The notes below the pieces were generated by a model that was not told where the DNA came from, made no database searches, and saw only the letters and a list, made by a program, of their open reading frames with translations. A stretch of DNA of 61,460 nucleotides, counting the filler, from Sphacelaria rigidula (lineage: Eukaryota): assembly GCA_964200075.2 (NCBI GenBank). It is 4 parts of 4 records of this genome, joined end to end, with 100 filler letters (N's around TTAATTAATTAA, not from the genome) between each part and the next. Parts side by side here need not be neighbours in the genome. Positions count along the whole stretch, not along the records: positions 46,172 to 61,460 come from CAXNAA020001819.1; 3 more parts are not named here. One strand, 5' to 3'. Shown in pieces: positions 51,086-61,460 of the stretch. Both the position numbers and the translations under genes were made by a program. The stretch's first letter is position 1. Each line of letters starts with the position of its first letter.

Positions 51086-51373
51086 CTGCAGTTGATAATC
51101 GCGGACCTTTTGCAAGGCAGGAGTAGCCGCAGAATTGCTCCCCATCCCCATGCCCGCCGTCGCATCTTCAGGAGCGGCGATCTTGCTCTTTTTGTTCGCC
51201 CTGTGCTTTGCACCCAGCTCTTCCGGGCTCGCTGTGAGGCCACTAACGACGGCAGCCAGAACAAGGGCAGACGCCCGAGCGTGCCTATCTCCATCGCCGC
51301 CGCGAGGAGTGTTGCTTCCGCCAATCTTGCCGGCATTGCCCGCACACGCCTTGTCGGCCAGATCACGAATCGC
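51086..51373 (-). CDS. TICRR: Treslin/TICRR homologue, exon 5 (Sld3/Treslin domain)
   Basis: Frame not in the ORF track: AIRDLADKAC...LTASPEELGAKHR...LQKVRDYQLQ, resembling Treslin KVRECQLQ; CAG|GTGAG. Confidence 0.85.
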
Positions 51374-51863
51374 CTGCGGAGTGTGGAGCAGCAGTAAATG
51401 CAGAATGCTTCAAGAAAAAACACAAAAAGCTCTCAGCGGAGCACCAGAAATCTCCGAGTCAACACACAATTTGTAAAACAACTTTGGACTGTTGTATATG
51501 GACGGGAGGGGGGGGAGCAGGGGGTATGGCGGGAGTATGTGAGAGCGGCGTGCGCTGCATCGAAAACGTGGCAAGACAGGGACATCATCACGGACGGTGT
51601 CGGTAGCTGTGGGTGGATGTTCCCCACCAGAGAAGCATCGCAACGACGTCCAGGGCAACAGACACCAAGCATCACCTCGCCTACGACTTCTGATGCGAGT
51701 GACAACTGAGGTGGTACAGCCACTTGTGGAACGTACTCTTTCGATGCTACGCGATGACATTCTCGCCGCCTGCCCACGACCACACGGAAGTGGAACCTGA
51801 CAGCCGTAAGCAACCGCGGAGCTTTTTGTCATATAAGTCCCGATGCAACCATGCCCGCCTTAC

Positions 51864-54137
51864 CTCTGGTACGGTGCGGACAACGAACTCAACGGGAGAC
51901 CGCTGCCCGCCCTCCACCACCTCAAGGTATTGCCTTCGAAGCCCAGCAACTCCCATGGTCACACAGCCTTCCTGCCCGACAGCCGCGACAGAAGGGTGGG
52001 AACTCTTGTCTGCAACACACCCCTCCTGTTCTCCGTCCAATCTTTTGGGGTCCTTTCCTTGAGTAGCCTCTACTCCATCCTTTCTAGTCTCAGAGTCTTC
52101 CCGGCAATCCTGAGTCGTTAGAACGCTCGTTGCTAGTGCCGGTGCTGGTGGAGCAGGCGGGTCTATCGGCACAGGTATTTTGACGAGGCCAGCAGCTTCG
52201 CGGTCCTTTTGCTCTGCCGCCCGCACTGCTGCAATGAAGAGCCGCCTGGCCCTTTCCTTTCTCATGCCTTTCGAGGAACGCTTCGACAGAGTTGCGCCCG
52301 CTCGCTGATGTGGAATACTCGTGGTCGTAGAAGTTGCCGCTGCCGCCGTCGCCGCCGAAGCAGCCGCACCGCTCACATCTGCACTTGCACTGGAAGCCAA
52401 GTCATTATCGAGCGCACACCGCTCCGCGAGGGTCACGACTTCCGTCGGAAGTGGTGCCGCGGGCAGGCAAGCGAGAGCTGGCTCTGACATGAACGATAGA
52501 GGAAGCTGGCTTACGCCGCCGCGAACCGGCTCCGGCGCCAGGTCCACTGCCGCGGAAGAGCCTCCTCCCATGTCGAACTTGATGGCGGAACCGAATAGAC
52601 CGCCTACAGCCTCCCCGCGGACTCTCTTGCGTGGTGTCGGTTGGGCCTCACTTTCCAGACGATGACCGAGCGACAGCCCGCTCAATAGGCTGCTGCCTTC
52701 CTTGCTACCCGGCGTCGAGGAGCAGTCGGCGTCGCGACTAAAGAGAGACGAACGGGACGAGGCGTCTTCGAGGGCCTGGTGGAGTGCTCGTCGAGGGCCG
52801 GAGCTCGACCCCCAAGAGGATTCCCGCTCATCTTCACTTCCGGTCGCCCCCATCGCGGCTCCCAGTAGGCAAAAACTGGGTGGGCTGCCCGTGGCGTGAG
52901 AAAGTTCTGACTCTACCTCCCCGCCCATGTCCTCCCCCGTGAAGCAGAGAGACACCGAATCTCTAGGAGATAAAGGTCCAGAGGGTCCACCGCCCAAAGC
53001 GGCGAATCTGCCACCGAGCCCACCGGCAGCGGTGCTCGCGCGCGCGCCGCTCATACGCCGCATGTGCTCCGCCGGCAAGGCCTTTGTGTGGCGGCGTCTC
53101 TTTCTGGCGATCGCCGACTCTTGGAACGCTAGCCCCACCTCGGCTTGCCTCATCTTCTGCGTCCTCTCTACTTCGGCCATCCTTGAAGACAAGTCTCTCG
53201 CTGACGGCAACGGTTGTGCCAGATGTGAAGCTGCAGTCGTGTCCGAGGGTCGTATTTGCGTTGACTGCCCCCGCGTGTCTGCGTTCACCGTTTCGTTAGC
53301 CATATTCCACCCAATAGCGCAGTCGCCACTGATCGGCATGAGCAGTGCCACGGTCAGAGCGTCAGGGGCGTCCCTGTCTTTTGCAATATCTCCACTGATT
53401 CCCACTCCACCTACCTCGAAGAGTCGGCGAGGAAGAGTAATCGATGCAGTCAATCCCCCGGACAGCAAGCACCCGAGCAGTTCCCGCCACAGCACGGCCC
53501 CATCACCATCCACAGCCCGCAATGCGACCGTAGCCCTCCATCGCTGACCCTCTAGGACCCCAGGCCATACGTCACTCAACGGTAGCGTTCCCATGAGCCG
53601 CCACGGCGTCTTCGACTCACCCCGCGGGGCCGCCGTTCCCGTAACTTCACCCAAACTTGCTTCCTGCGCGCCGCTGAAAGGCCCGGATAACCTTGCGGCC
53701 ACAAGTTGCGCGTCGGCAGCGCCTTGCCCGCTTAGTGAAACCGCCACCGCCACCCTCGCAATGCCATCGCTCGGTGGAACGCTTTCTAATCCTGCCCCGC
53801 TTGGACCCAATCCGTTGCGCTTGACTCCACGTTCATCGAGACGAAATGACGACCCTGATGCTAAGGACGGAGGGAGGGAACGCGCGTTTTCGGCCTCCAG
53901 TTCCCATCGTAGCCCGCATGAACTCCCCGCCGCAGACACACAGCGGTCCAAACTTGTTATTCCGCGATGCCCACAGCCGCTAGAGAAGGACGCGTTGTTG
54001 GTTCGATCGCCATGGTCACTTGCCAGCAAAGCATCCTGCCAGTGGAAGGAAACTCGGCGAGATCGGGCGCGCAGGATCGCCTTTCCTAACCCGTCGTTTA
54101 GTGTCTGGACCAAGGTGGTCGCCCTTTTTTCAGGCGG
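51864..54137 (-). CDS. TICRR: Treslin/TICRR homologue, exon 4 (758 codons; rest of CIT, middle region, start of Sld3/Treslin domain)
   Basis: Inside the 812-aa ORF; RARSRRVSFHWQDA resembles VARKITFYWVDT; LRRQYLEVV at the STD start; tccag| and GAG|GTAAGG. Confidence 0.85.
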
Positions 54138-55074
54138 CTGGAGGGTGGATGTAAGGGGGGTATACCCGCCCGGGAAATCGAGCAACGATTCGGGGTGGGG
54201 GTAACGGAAAGTGGAGGAGAGACAGAAGAACGGGGAGAGCCGGTTGAGATACGTGCGGCGACAGTTTTCAAGCTCAAGTTCAAGATTGCACTTTCAAATG
54301 CTATATGGAGGTGGCAAATTGTGGCATGGCTTGGTACTTTGAGGGGGGCCGAGCTTGCTGCTCCTCGCGTAGACTAAATCGTGGTTTTGCCGCACACAAG
54401 CACACACATCGTGTTGATGTTGATCGATTCCCTAGTTGCCATGACTCGAGCCACAACGACTCCTCGGGAACAATGAGCCAGCGGGAGTCGACACATTGCA
54501 ACTGTTGGTGAGAATATGCAAAGACCAGCGTTCAGTTTACCCTCGTTTAGCTATTTTACCGAACTAACTAAGATGACGAGGGAATTTGATCGCTGCGTGC
54601 TTCCGGCATCTCAAAGGTCAGCTCAAGGGCCAGTGTATTCAGCCGAGGAAGCCTGTCCTAGTGGACACACAAACAAAACACACACTCAACCCAACAACAA
54701 AAAACCCAAGCGCATAGTGGCACATCACTTATCCTAACTCACTCCGATCCAGTAGGCGGTGGCAGTAGAGACAAACGCCCACAAGATGACCGAAGCAGTT
54801 ATGGCATAGTGCCGCTATGCACAGGGTACCTCGGTGTTACATGATTGTACTTAATTGAGCGGAGGTTTTGGGCATAAGTACGACTTGAGCCATTATGACT
54901 AGTATGAAAGATGGGGATGAGTCTAACTCGGGTCATCAGGACTAATTCGTTTTAATCTGGAGGAGCCTAACTGAGTCGTACGAGTGATCAAGAAAAACAG
55001 GAAACGAGCAGACTCGTGCGTCACTACTAACTTGAAGTTGAACCACGAATCGAGACCGGGATTCGTTCGACACG

Positions 55075-55245
55075 TCAACCCTTTGGGAACCCTCGTCTCC
55101 TGTTGCCGGTCTAGACGCCTCATAATCTCAAGCAATGACAAAGAAGAAGAGATGGGAAAAGAGAATACCGACAACAACCATTTTTACGGCGGAAGGCCAC
55201 AAGAGAACCCACTGACCTACGTCATGCTCTCACCAAAAATGCCGC
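55075..55245 (+). repeat. Dispersed repeat with an inverted copy at ~60578-60730
   Basis: Shared gacgcctcat..tgacaaagaagaa..caaccatttttacggcggaaggcca. Confidence 0.8.
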
Positions 55246-55819
55246 CCTGGTGCGGTCAGAATAGTTTCATCGAATGATGAGACGAAACGGATCAAGTATG
55301 TTACAACTTTGTGGACACAGCAAAAACCAGCACGTGGACCTCTGAATTTCATACAACAGAAATCAGCACCACCTGTGTATTTTCTGTATATATAGTCCCG
55401 TGTGGCACTGCGGCACACATTTATATAGGTGACGCACCCCACCGAAGTATTGTTGTGCTGCAGTCCGGAGGTCGTACCCGCCCAACACTTGGCAAGCGTG
55501 CTAAGCCATGACACAGAAACAAAGTAGTATGGTCGAGCACACAGAAATCCCCTCACCACACGTGGAAGTGAGGTGCGATACAGTATTTACGCGATTCAGC
55601 GCCAGTTGAAAGCGGTCGCGGGACTGGAAAACACGCCTTGGGCAAAGTATTGGTAGCTGCAAACAACCAACTACATGTTGTTAAAAAATAGCACCTCGAA
55701 ATCAGCACTTCTCCATTGCCAGTACCCAAAAGGTCAACTCGTTGTCATATTAACACGCTAAATTGAAACAAAACACTAGTGCCATCGGATACACACCAGG
55801 GAAGCCTACTTTGACGCAC

Positions 55820-55966
55820 CTCAGCGGCTAACCTCCTTGCTTTCGTCGTAAAATTCCCTCCGAGAGCAAAACGCTCCACTTCCTCCTCTGTTTGAGGACA
55901 AAAACTGTGCAGCAGTAACAGCAGTCTTCCACTGTCGTGACTGGACGAGCCAAGCGGTGCGTCAAC
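55820..55966 (-). CDS. TICRR: Treslin/TICRR homologue, exon 3 (this frame is absent from the ORF track)
   Basis: cttag|GTTGAC...GAG|GTGCGT; LLLLLHSFCPQTEEEVERF resembles Treslin VFLLAPCPHSQRELLQF. Confidence 0.8.
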
Positions 55967-56529
55967 CTAAGAGGGGAAAAGACAAAGAAAGAGCACCGGC
56001 AGCGTGAGGAGACTCCCCCGCAACTAGTACCGAGGGCTATGCAAGTACGGCGCATACGCGATCGTGACTGGTGCGATTTGTGATCGATACAGAGGAGGAC
56101 ACGCGATACGCACACAACGCTCCGCGTCATAACAAAGACAGGCAAGGGCAAGACGCATTTATATATGCATCACATGCCACACGTTCGCTATCGTCGTGAA
56201 GGAAATCGCGCTGAATGTCTACACTGAGCTATCTTGGCCTTGGCACATGGGCTGCAAAAAACAGCAAAGCACGTAGCAGAACCTCGGCAAAAAGTCGGAG
56301 AAAACGATCGAAGGGGCGTGCGAGGTCGGCAGTTAGTACATAGCCATCCAACTCTTTCGTTGTCTGAACCAGTCGCCAGCTTTTGAAGGAAAAAAAAAGG
56401 AAAAAGTGAGTACTGAGGACAAAGAGACTTAGCACCCGCAGTGTCGAGAGAAATCGCATCAACATCAACAACACTGGCAAGGTGAAGCACTGCCTTGAAC
56501 CAACCTCGATCGCACACCAGGTAAATATC

Positions 56530-57053
56530 CAAGGTTGTGTTCTGTAAGGTACGGTTTTCTGTACACCAAGGGTGTTGTGCCGGGTATTTACCGTAACCGA
56601 CTCTTTCGTGCCGATAACCGACAGTTCTGTAAAGTTTGTAAGGCTTTCATACCCTTACCCGATAGCTCTGTCAGTTCTGTAGTTACCGGGGGCACGGGTA
56701 TGCTCTTGATAAAATGCCCGGTTGCGGGCACGGTTTTCTGTGCAGACTCCATACCCTACCTGGCAGTTTCTGTAAGTTTTGTATGCCCCCTACACCTTTG
56801 CCTGACAGTTCTGTGAGTTCTGTGCGTAATGTATGCCCGTACCCGGAGCACGGGCATGCCCTCAAAGTAAATATCCGGTTGCCGGTACAGTTTTCTGTAA
56901 GCCTCCCGTACCGTACCCGACAAGTTCTGTAATTTCTGTGACTTTCAAACCGGGTCCCCGAAAATTGTGAAATATCCATAAGACTTTCATATCGGTACCT
57001 GATATTTCTGTAAGTTCTGTAAGGAATCTCGTACCCTACAGAACACAAACTTG
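56530..57053. mobile_element. hAT-type MITE, same family
   Basis: Same TIRs; TSD TAAATATC/TAAATCTC (1 mismatch). Confidence 0.85.
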
Positions 57054-57097
57054 TAAATCTCAACTGTACGAGGATAACCGAAGAAAACAAAAATCAC

Positions 57098-57317
57098 CTC
57101 GCGCTCGCCGTCGCTAGCCTCGCCGAACTCCTGGAGTACCTCAAGCAGCGATCGGACCACCACTTCGTGACTAGACATGTCGTGCCCATCGTACATTCGC
57201 CCTGGTCCATCTCCTTCATTGCCGTGTGCCAGGCTGTCGCCGGCACAAGTGCTAGGCCGCTTGCCGTCGCGGCTGCTACTAGTGGACCTTGGCTTTCCTG
57301 CTCCCGCGTTTTGAACA
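57098..57317 (-). CDS. TICRR: Treslin/TICRR homologue, exon 2
   Basis: Phase 2-0; VVRSLLEVLQEF; ggcag| and GAG|GTGAT. Confidence 0.75.
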
Positions 57318-58394
57318 CTGCCCCGCCACGAAGACAAGCGAATGCATTGCGGGAGATTACAGGGCTGAGAGCGAGCGTGCTGAAACCTCATGTTTTCTTC
57401 GTCCAATGGTGGCAAAATTAATGAACAGGTGTGCATGGACGGGGGGATGTCAAGAGAGCATACATGCAAATGGTATCACAGGTACTTCTTCCTTTCAAGT
57501 CACGTTTGTGGGGGGGATTTTGAGATGTGGACATTTGGCGTTTGCCCCACACCATAACCTTGACATGCACAGATGCGCACAAACACCCGCAGTGCTATCA
57601 ACGCAACAGTGTTCAACGTAATGACGACGAGCCGAGAGAGGCGACCGCTCATGGTGCATACTACACTGTTGTGATGGATTGAGATGAGTGCAGTACTCGT
57701 ACACCAATTGAAACTCAACACCACATCTGTACAAGCCAATATCACCAAAACAAAACCGTACGGGACAGGTAGCAACACCCCCGACGCATGCAACGATGGG
57801 CGGGACGCCGTGCGGAAAAATCCTACCATTCAACACGTCTTCGCACTCGCAGCTCACCTACCATAACCATACTCTGTCACCATGCAGTGCTATGGGGTTG
57901 AAGAACAACCCAGATGTTCGTGTTTGTGAATACGTGCTGCGAAGTGAAATAGCACCCCTTGGTGAATTTTTTCATGTTTAGTCGTTTCTCTAAAATCGCG
58001 GAGGCCGAACCATTGAAACAGCTACGCCCATACAAGATCTTGCGGGGGATATATGTATGTACGGGATATCTTGGGGGGTACAAGCAGCTTGCGTCTACTG
58101 TAGAGTGCAAAGGACATGAGGTTTTACAAACTTTTCCCGCAAGGGGGGGTACAGGGGGTGTTATACTCCGTCACCTAGTCACCTACTAACAGAAACTGGA
58201 AGGGGTACGTAGTTGCAACACTGCTACTACAGTGGATGGATACAACGCTAAAGGCTGGCGACGCATCGATAACACAGATGATCACAGACTGTGACATATT
58301 TGAGTGATCGCCCGTATCAGAATACTCCAGACTTAGCTTGCGATGCTGCATGGTTCCGTACAGTAGTTCTTCCGTTTGGATAAAATATGCTCAC

Positions 58395-59023
58395 CGGTTC
58401 CGAGGATCGTGCTTCCTTCCGTGGGACCACCGTCTCAAGGCCGCCTGCCGATCTCGTGCCAGGGGATCTCCCTGCACACCACATGCCACCGCCAGGCACG
58501 TGTCCCCGAAGGCTCGGAACGACTCTTGGGTTAGGCGCGTGAACCCCCTCCACTTGCTTTGTTGCCCTCCCTGAGCCTGAAGCCTCGACCTAAGCCTGGC
58601 TCTGAGCTCCGCCGGGGTTTTGCCCACTCCACTGTGCCTAGAGTCGAAGAATCGAGGGGCCCATTCCACGCACGTACCCGGTGCACAGGAAAGAGAGAGC
58701 TGCGATAATACTCGAAGTATGCTTATACGAAGTGCGTCTATGAAGCCTGTGCTTCCAGCTGCGGCTGCTCCTGCCGTTGTGGTATTTTGGGTTGATGGAG
58801 ATTGTACCCGACCGGCGGGTGCTGTTGTTACATATTTGGTAGCATTGGTATTGGCGGGCTTTTGGAGTTGGACGGGGTGCGTCGTTTGGTTTGCCAAGGG
58901 TCCAACGTCGATCAAAACCAGTACCCTTGCAGAACAGCTCGACGATACTGCTTCTGATTCTTGAGACGTTAGCTTGCCCGAGTGGCCGCTGTGATACCCC
59001 GACGCCAGGGGCTTGGTGGACAT
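58395..59023 (-). CDS. TICRR: Treslin/TICRR homologue, exon 1 (N-terminal CIT/vWA-like domain)
   Basis: VLVLIDV..LRISILRVLSQLS..VEWAPRFFDSR..GFTRLTQESFRAF parallels human Treslin as recalled (VMLLLDT..VRRAALRLLTYLS..VHWAFKFFDSQ..DFRELGSRSWEDF); donor CG|GTGAG. Confidence 0.85.
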
Positions 59024-59199
59024 GACTCTGTTTAAAGTTCACTGGGCGCGGGCCACGGGGCCGCGTAGGTTGTTTTTCTCCTGGAGTATGACGTTTTCCA
59101 GACGCATTAGAACATAACAACTTAGATGTTCATGGTACAGGCTCCAATTTGTTTCCCTGCTTTCGAAGGGAGCGGCTGCTGCCAGAGACGGCGGCGGTG
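59024..59199. promoter_or_regulatory. Putative bidirectional promoter between the Treslin and kinesin start codons
   Basis: Divergent ATGs only 176 bp apart. Confidence 0.6.
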
Positions 59200-59298
59200 A
59201 TGAGTGTTAGTATCAAGGTCGCGGTTAGATGTCGACCATTCACGATCGATGATAAGTTAGGAGTAAATTTGACTCAGAACGGAGAGGAGGAGGGTGAG
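59200..59298 (+). CDS. Kinesin motor protein (kinesin-3-like), exon 1
   Basis: MSVSIKVAVRCRPF motor N-terminal motif; GAG|GTGAGC. Confidence 0.9.
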
Positions 59299-59869
59299 GT
59301 GAGCTTCCTCGATGCAAGGATATTTCGGATATGTAGGCGTTTCCAGGAGATCCAGCCGCCCAAGCTTTTTTACAACCGTATCGAGCACGACGGTAGGAAT
59401 CGGAAAGTGATTGAGTGATGCCGCGATAGCCGCTCCCCCCCGTCCCCCGAACCAGCCCTAAACTGTCAAGAAGAGAAATGATCATACAGCACATGATAGA
59501 TGGTTTCAGACTGCGTGAAGCGCCTCATATGAGCGACATGGCGAAAACGATCCCAAGCGTGCGAGTTCCCAGCTGCTCGATATGCTCGGTTTTTGTCATC
59601 TTGATGTACTATACGTACATGTACATTTCACCTCCTCAAACCAGCCACTTCTGCGCGCGCGCGGGGAGGGGGGGGGGGGGGTATGGCAGCATCAGTCGAT
59701 TGAATTACCGAGTATGTTGCATTGCCGCAGATGAGCTATGAAAATCTTCATCCTTGCTCTTCGCCTCTAGCTGCACATCAGCGTGCTCTAAACATACCTA
59801 CTCGTATCATTTTGAAAACGTTCGAAATAGCGATTACCCTTTTGGCACTGGCGATGGAAAAGTGCGGAT

Positions 59870-60345
59870 TAGACCGCAACTTTTATGGCAACCTATCTCG
59901 ATTTTTACAAATATGAGGATTTCAGCCCGCCTTCAGGCGATTTTCTCCCGTGGATTAGTTTTTCGGACCCCAGTACGTTGGACAATGTTTTCCGGCTAAT
60001 TGTGAGCAAACCTGATCAATTCTCCGATTCTCTGGGCGTTTATTTTTAGTATACCAAATTTCTGCTCAAATCGGGAGACTTCCGCATCTCCCCCGATTTT
60101 TTCAAAATACCGGGGAAAAATCGGGGGAGATGCGGAAGTCTCCCGATTTGAGCACAGAGGTGGTACACCAAAAACGAACGTCCAGAGAAACGGAGAATTT
60201 ATCTGGTTTGCTCACAACTAGCCGAAAAACATTGCCTAACGGACTGGGGTCCGAAAAATCAATCCACGGGAGAAGATCGCCTGTAGACGGACTGAAATCC
60301 TCATATTTGTAAAGGTCGAGATTGGTTGCCATAGAAGTTGGTCTT
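59870..60345. repeat. ~470-nt palindrome (fold-back element) in kinesin intron 1
   Basis: Two ~230-nt inverted arms; ~40-bp essentially perfect inner stem around a loop at ~60103-60114. Confidence 0.9.
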
Positions 60346-61056
60346 ACGAGGAGCTTTTTTTGAACGACACGCGGTCGAGTTTTTACAGCTTTGATGCAAA
60401 ACTATCAGCCCAAGGCGTTATTTTCAGACCCCTATAGTAATGTGCCCCAGTGCAGCACGGGACTCAGTACATATATATATATATATATGTGTGTGTGTGT
60501 AGAAAATAGACAGGTGGTGCCGATTTTTGTTTGTATAGACTTCAGGCACGCATAAGAGTGGCATTTTTGTTGCACGCATGACGTATACTGGTGGACTCCT
60601 GCATGGCCTTCCGCCGTAAAAATGGTTGCCGTCAGTGTTCTCTGCTCCTATCTTTTCTTCTTTGTCAGGGCTTGAAATAATGAGGCGTCTGGCCCAGGGA
60701 GGGAAGGGGAGGGTTCCCGAAGGGTTATTCAGTCGCGCGTAAACCCTTTGAACTTCAGGGTGGGCGATCTGAGTGTCCCAACCATAATTCAAATGAAAAA
60801 CGATGTCCATTCAACGAATGACCCAACCTGGCGGTGAAAGGGTTAAACTCTGCCGCTTACATACGGTACAGAACAATGTTTACAGCTAGACGGGCCTTGA
60901 CCCATCGGCGAGTTGAATGTGCAATCAACGAGCCGATCGGTCGCAACCCGTGCAATGTTATTGCCGTGAGGTTGCCACGAGTACTGGGTAACGCTCCTTG
61001 ACCGCTTCACGTTGCGGTCGATGTTGTTGTTACTGCTGCTGCTGCTGCTTCGCCAG

Positions 61057-61194
61057 ATTGATATCCTAAACTCCACATACTCCACCACAAGATTCGCCTT
61101 CACGTACGCGTGGTGGTCGGCGTTTGGCTTCACTCGACATTTGCAAAGCAATCATGATGAGGCTGCAGCAATGGAGATGGTGGATCAGGAAAAG
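61057..61194 (+). CDS. Kinesin-3-like, exon 2; gene runs off the window
   Basis: RFAFTYAWWSAFGF...VDQEK resembles kinesin-3 FtFDysyWS...DQ; gccag| acceptor; donor is weak. Confidence 0.8.
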
Positions 61195-61460
61195 GTGGCG
61201 ACAAGAACCTCTCAGACCACACGACTCTTGTGGTGCAAATCAGAGCGACACCACGATACCTCCCCCCGCCCCCCCGCCCCCGCGCGCTAAACCAGCCCCA
61301 AAACTGTCGCGGCAAAAATGGCCGTACGGGGTACGATAGCTCGTTTCAGACTCTGCATGAAGCGCGTCGTACGAGCGATATTGGCGAAGATGAGACACTT
61401 TCTACGATAGCCCCCCCCCGAAACGTGCATGGTTTTGGGAGGCAAAATCTTCACGTAAAT

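Noticed and set aside
60102-60332. 76-aa ORF in a fold-back arm
   Set aside because: The mirror arm differs mostly by non-synonymous changes and contains a stop; non-coding

Overview
Eukaryotic, intron-rich DNA, inferred to be a brown alga or related stramenopile (long GT-AG introns, stramenopile-type HSF, CCCTAA telomere-type motif, abundant MITEs/SINEs). The window is not one locus. Three identical 100-nt linkers (44 N + TTAATTAATTAA + 44 N) join four fragments of 15291, 15290, 15290 and 15289 nt, consistent with length-sorted, unlinked contigs. Contig 1 (1-15291) holds 12 hand-phased exons of a partial SBF1/SBF2-domain + WD40 gene (+), with a G:U-rich intronic fold-back that is a pre-miRNA candidate. 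Contig 2 (15392-30681) holds a 3-exon HSF-type transcription factor (+) and repeats. Contig 3 (30782-46071) has no recognisable gene, only transposon remnants. Contig 4 (46172-61460) holds a 7-exon, >=1485-codon Treslin/TICRR (Sld3-family) homologue (-). It lies head-to-head, 176 bp apart, with a kinesin-3-like gene (+) whose first intron contains a ~470-nt fold-back. All protein calls come from motif recognition by eye; no database search was run.
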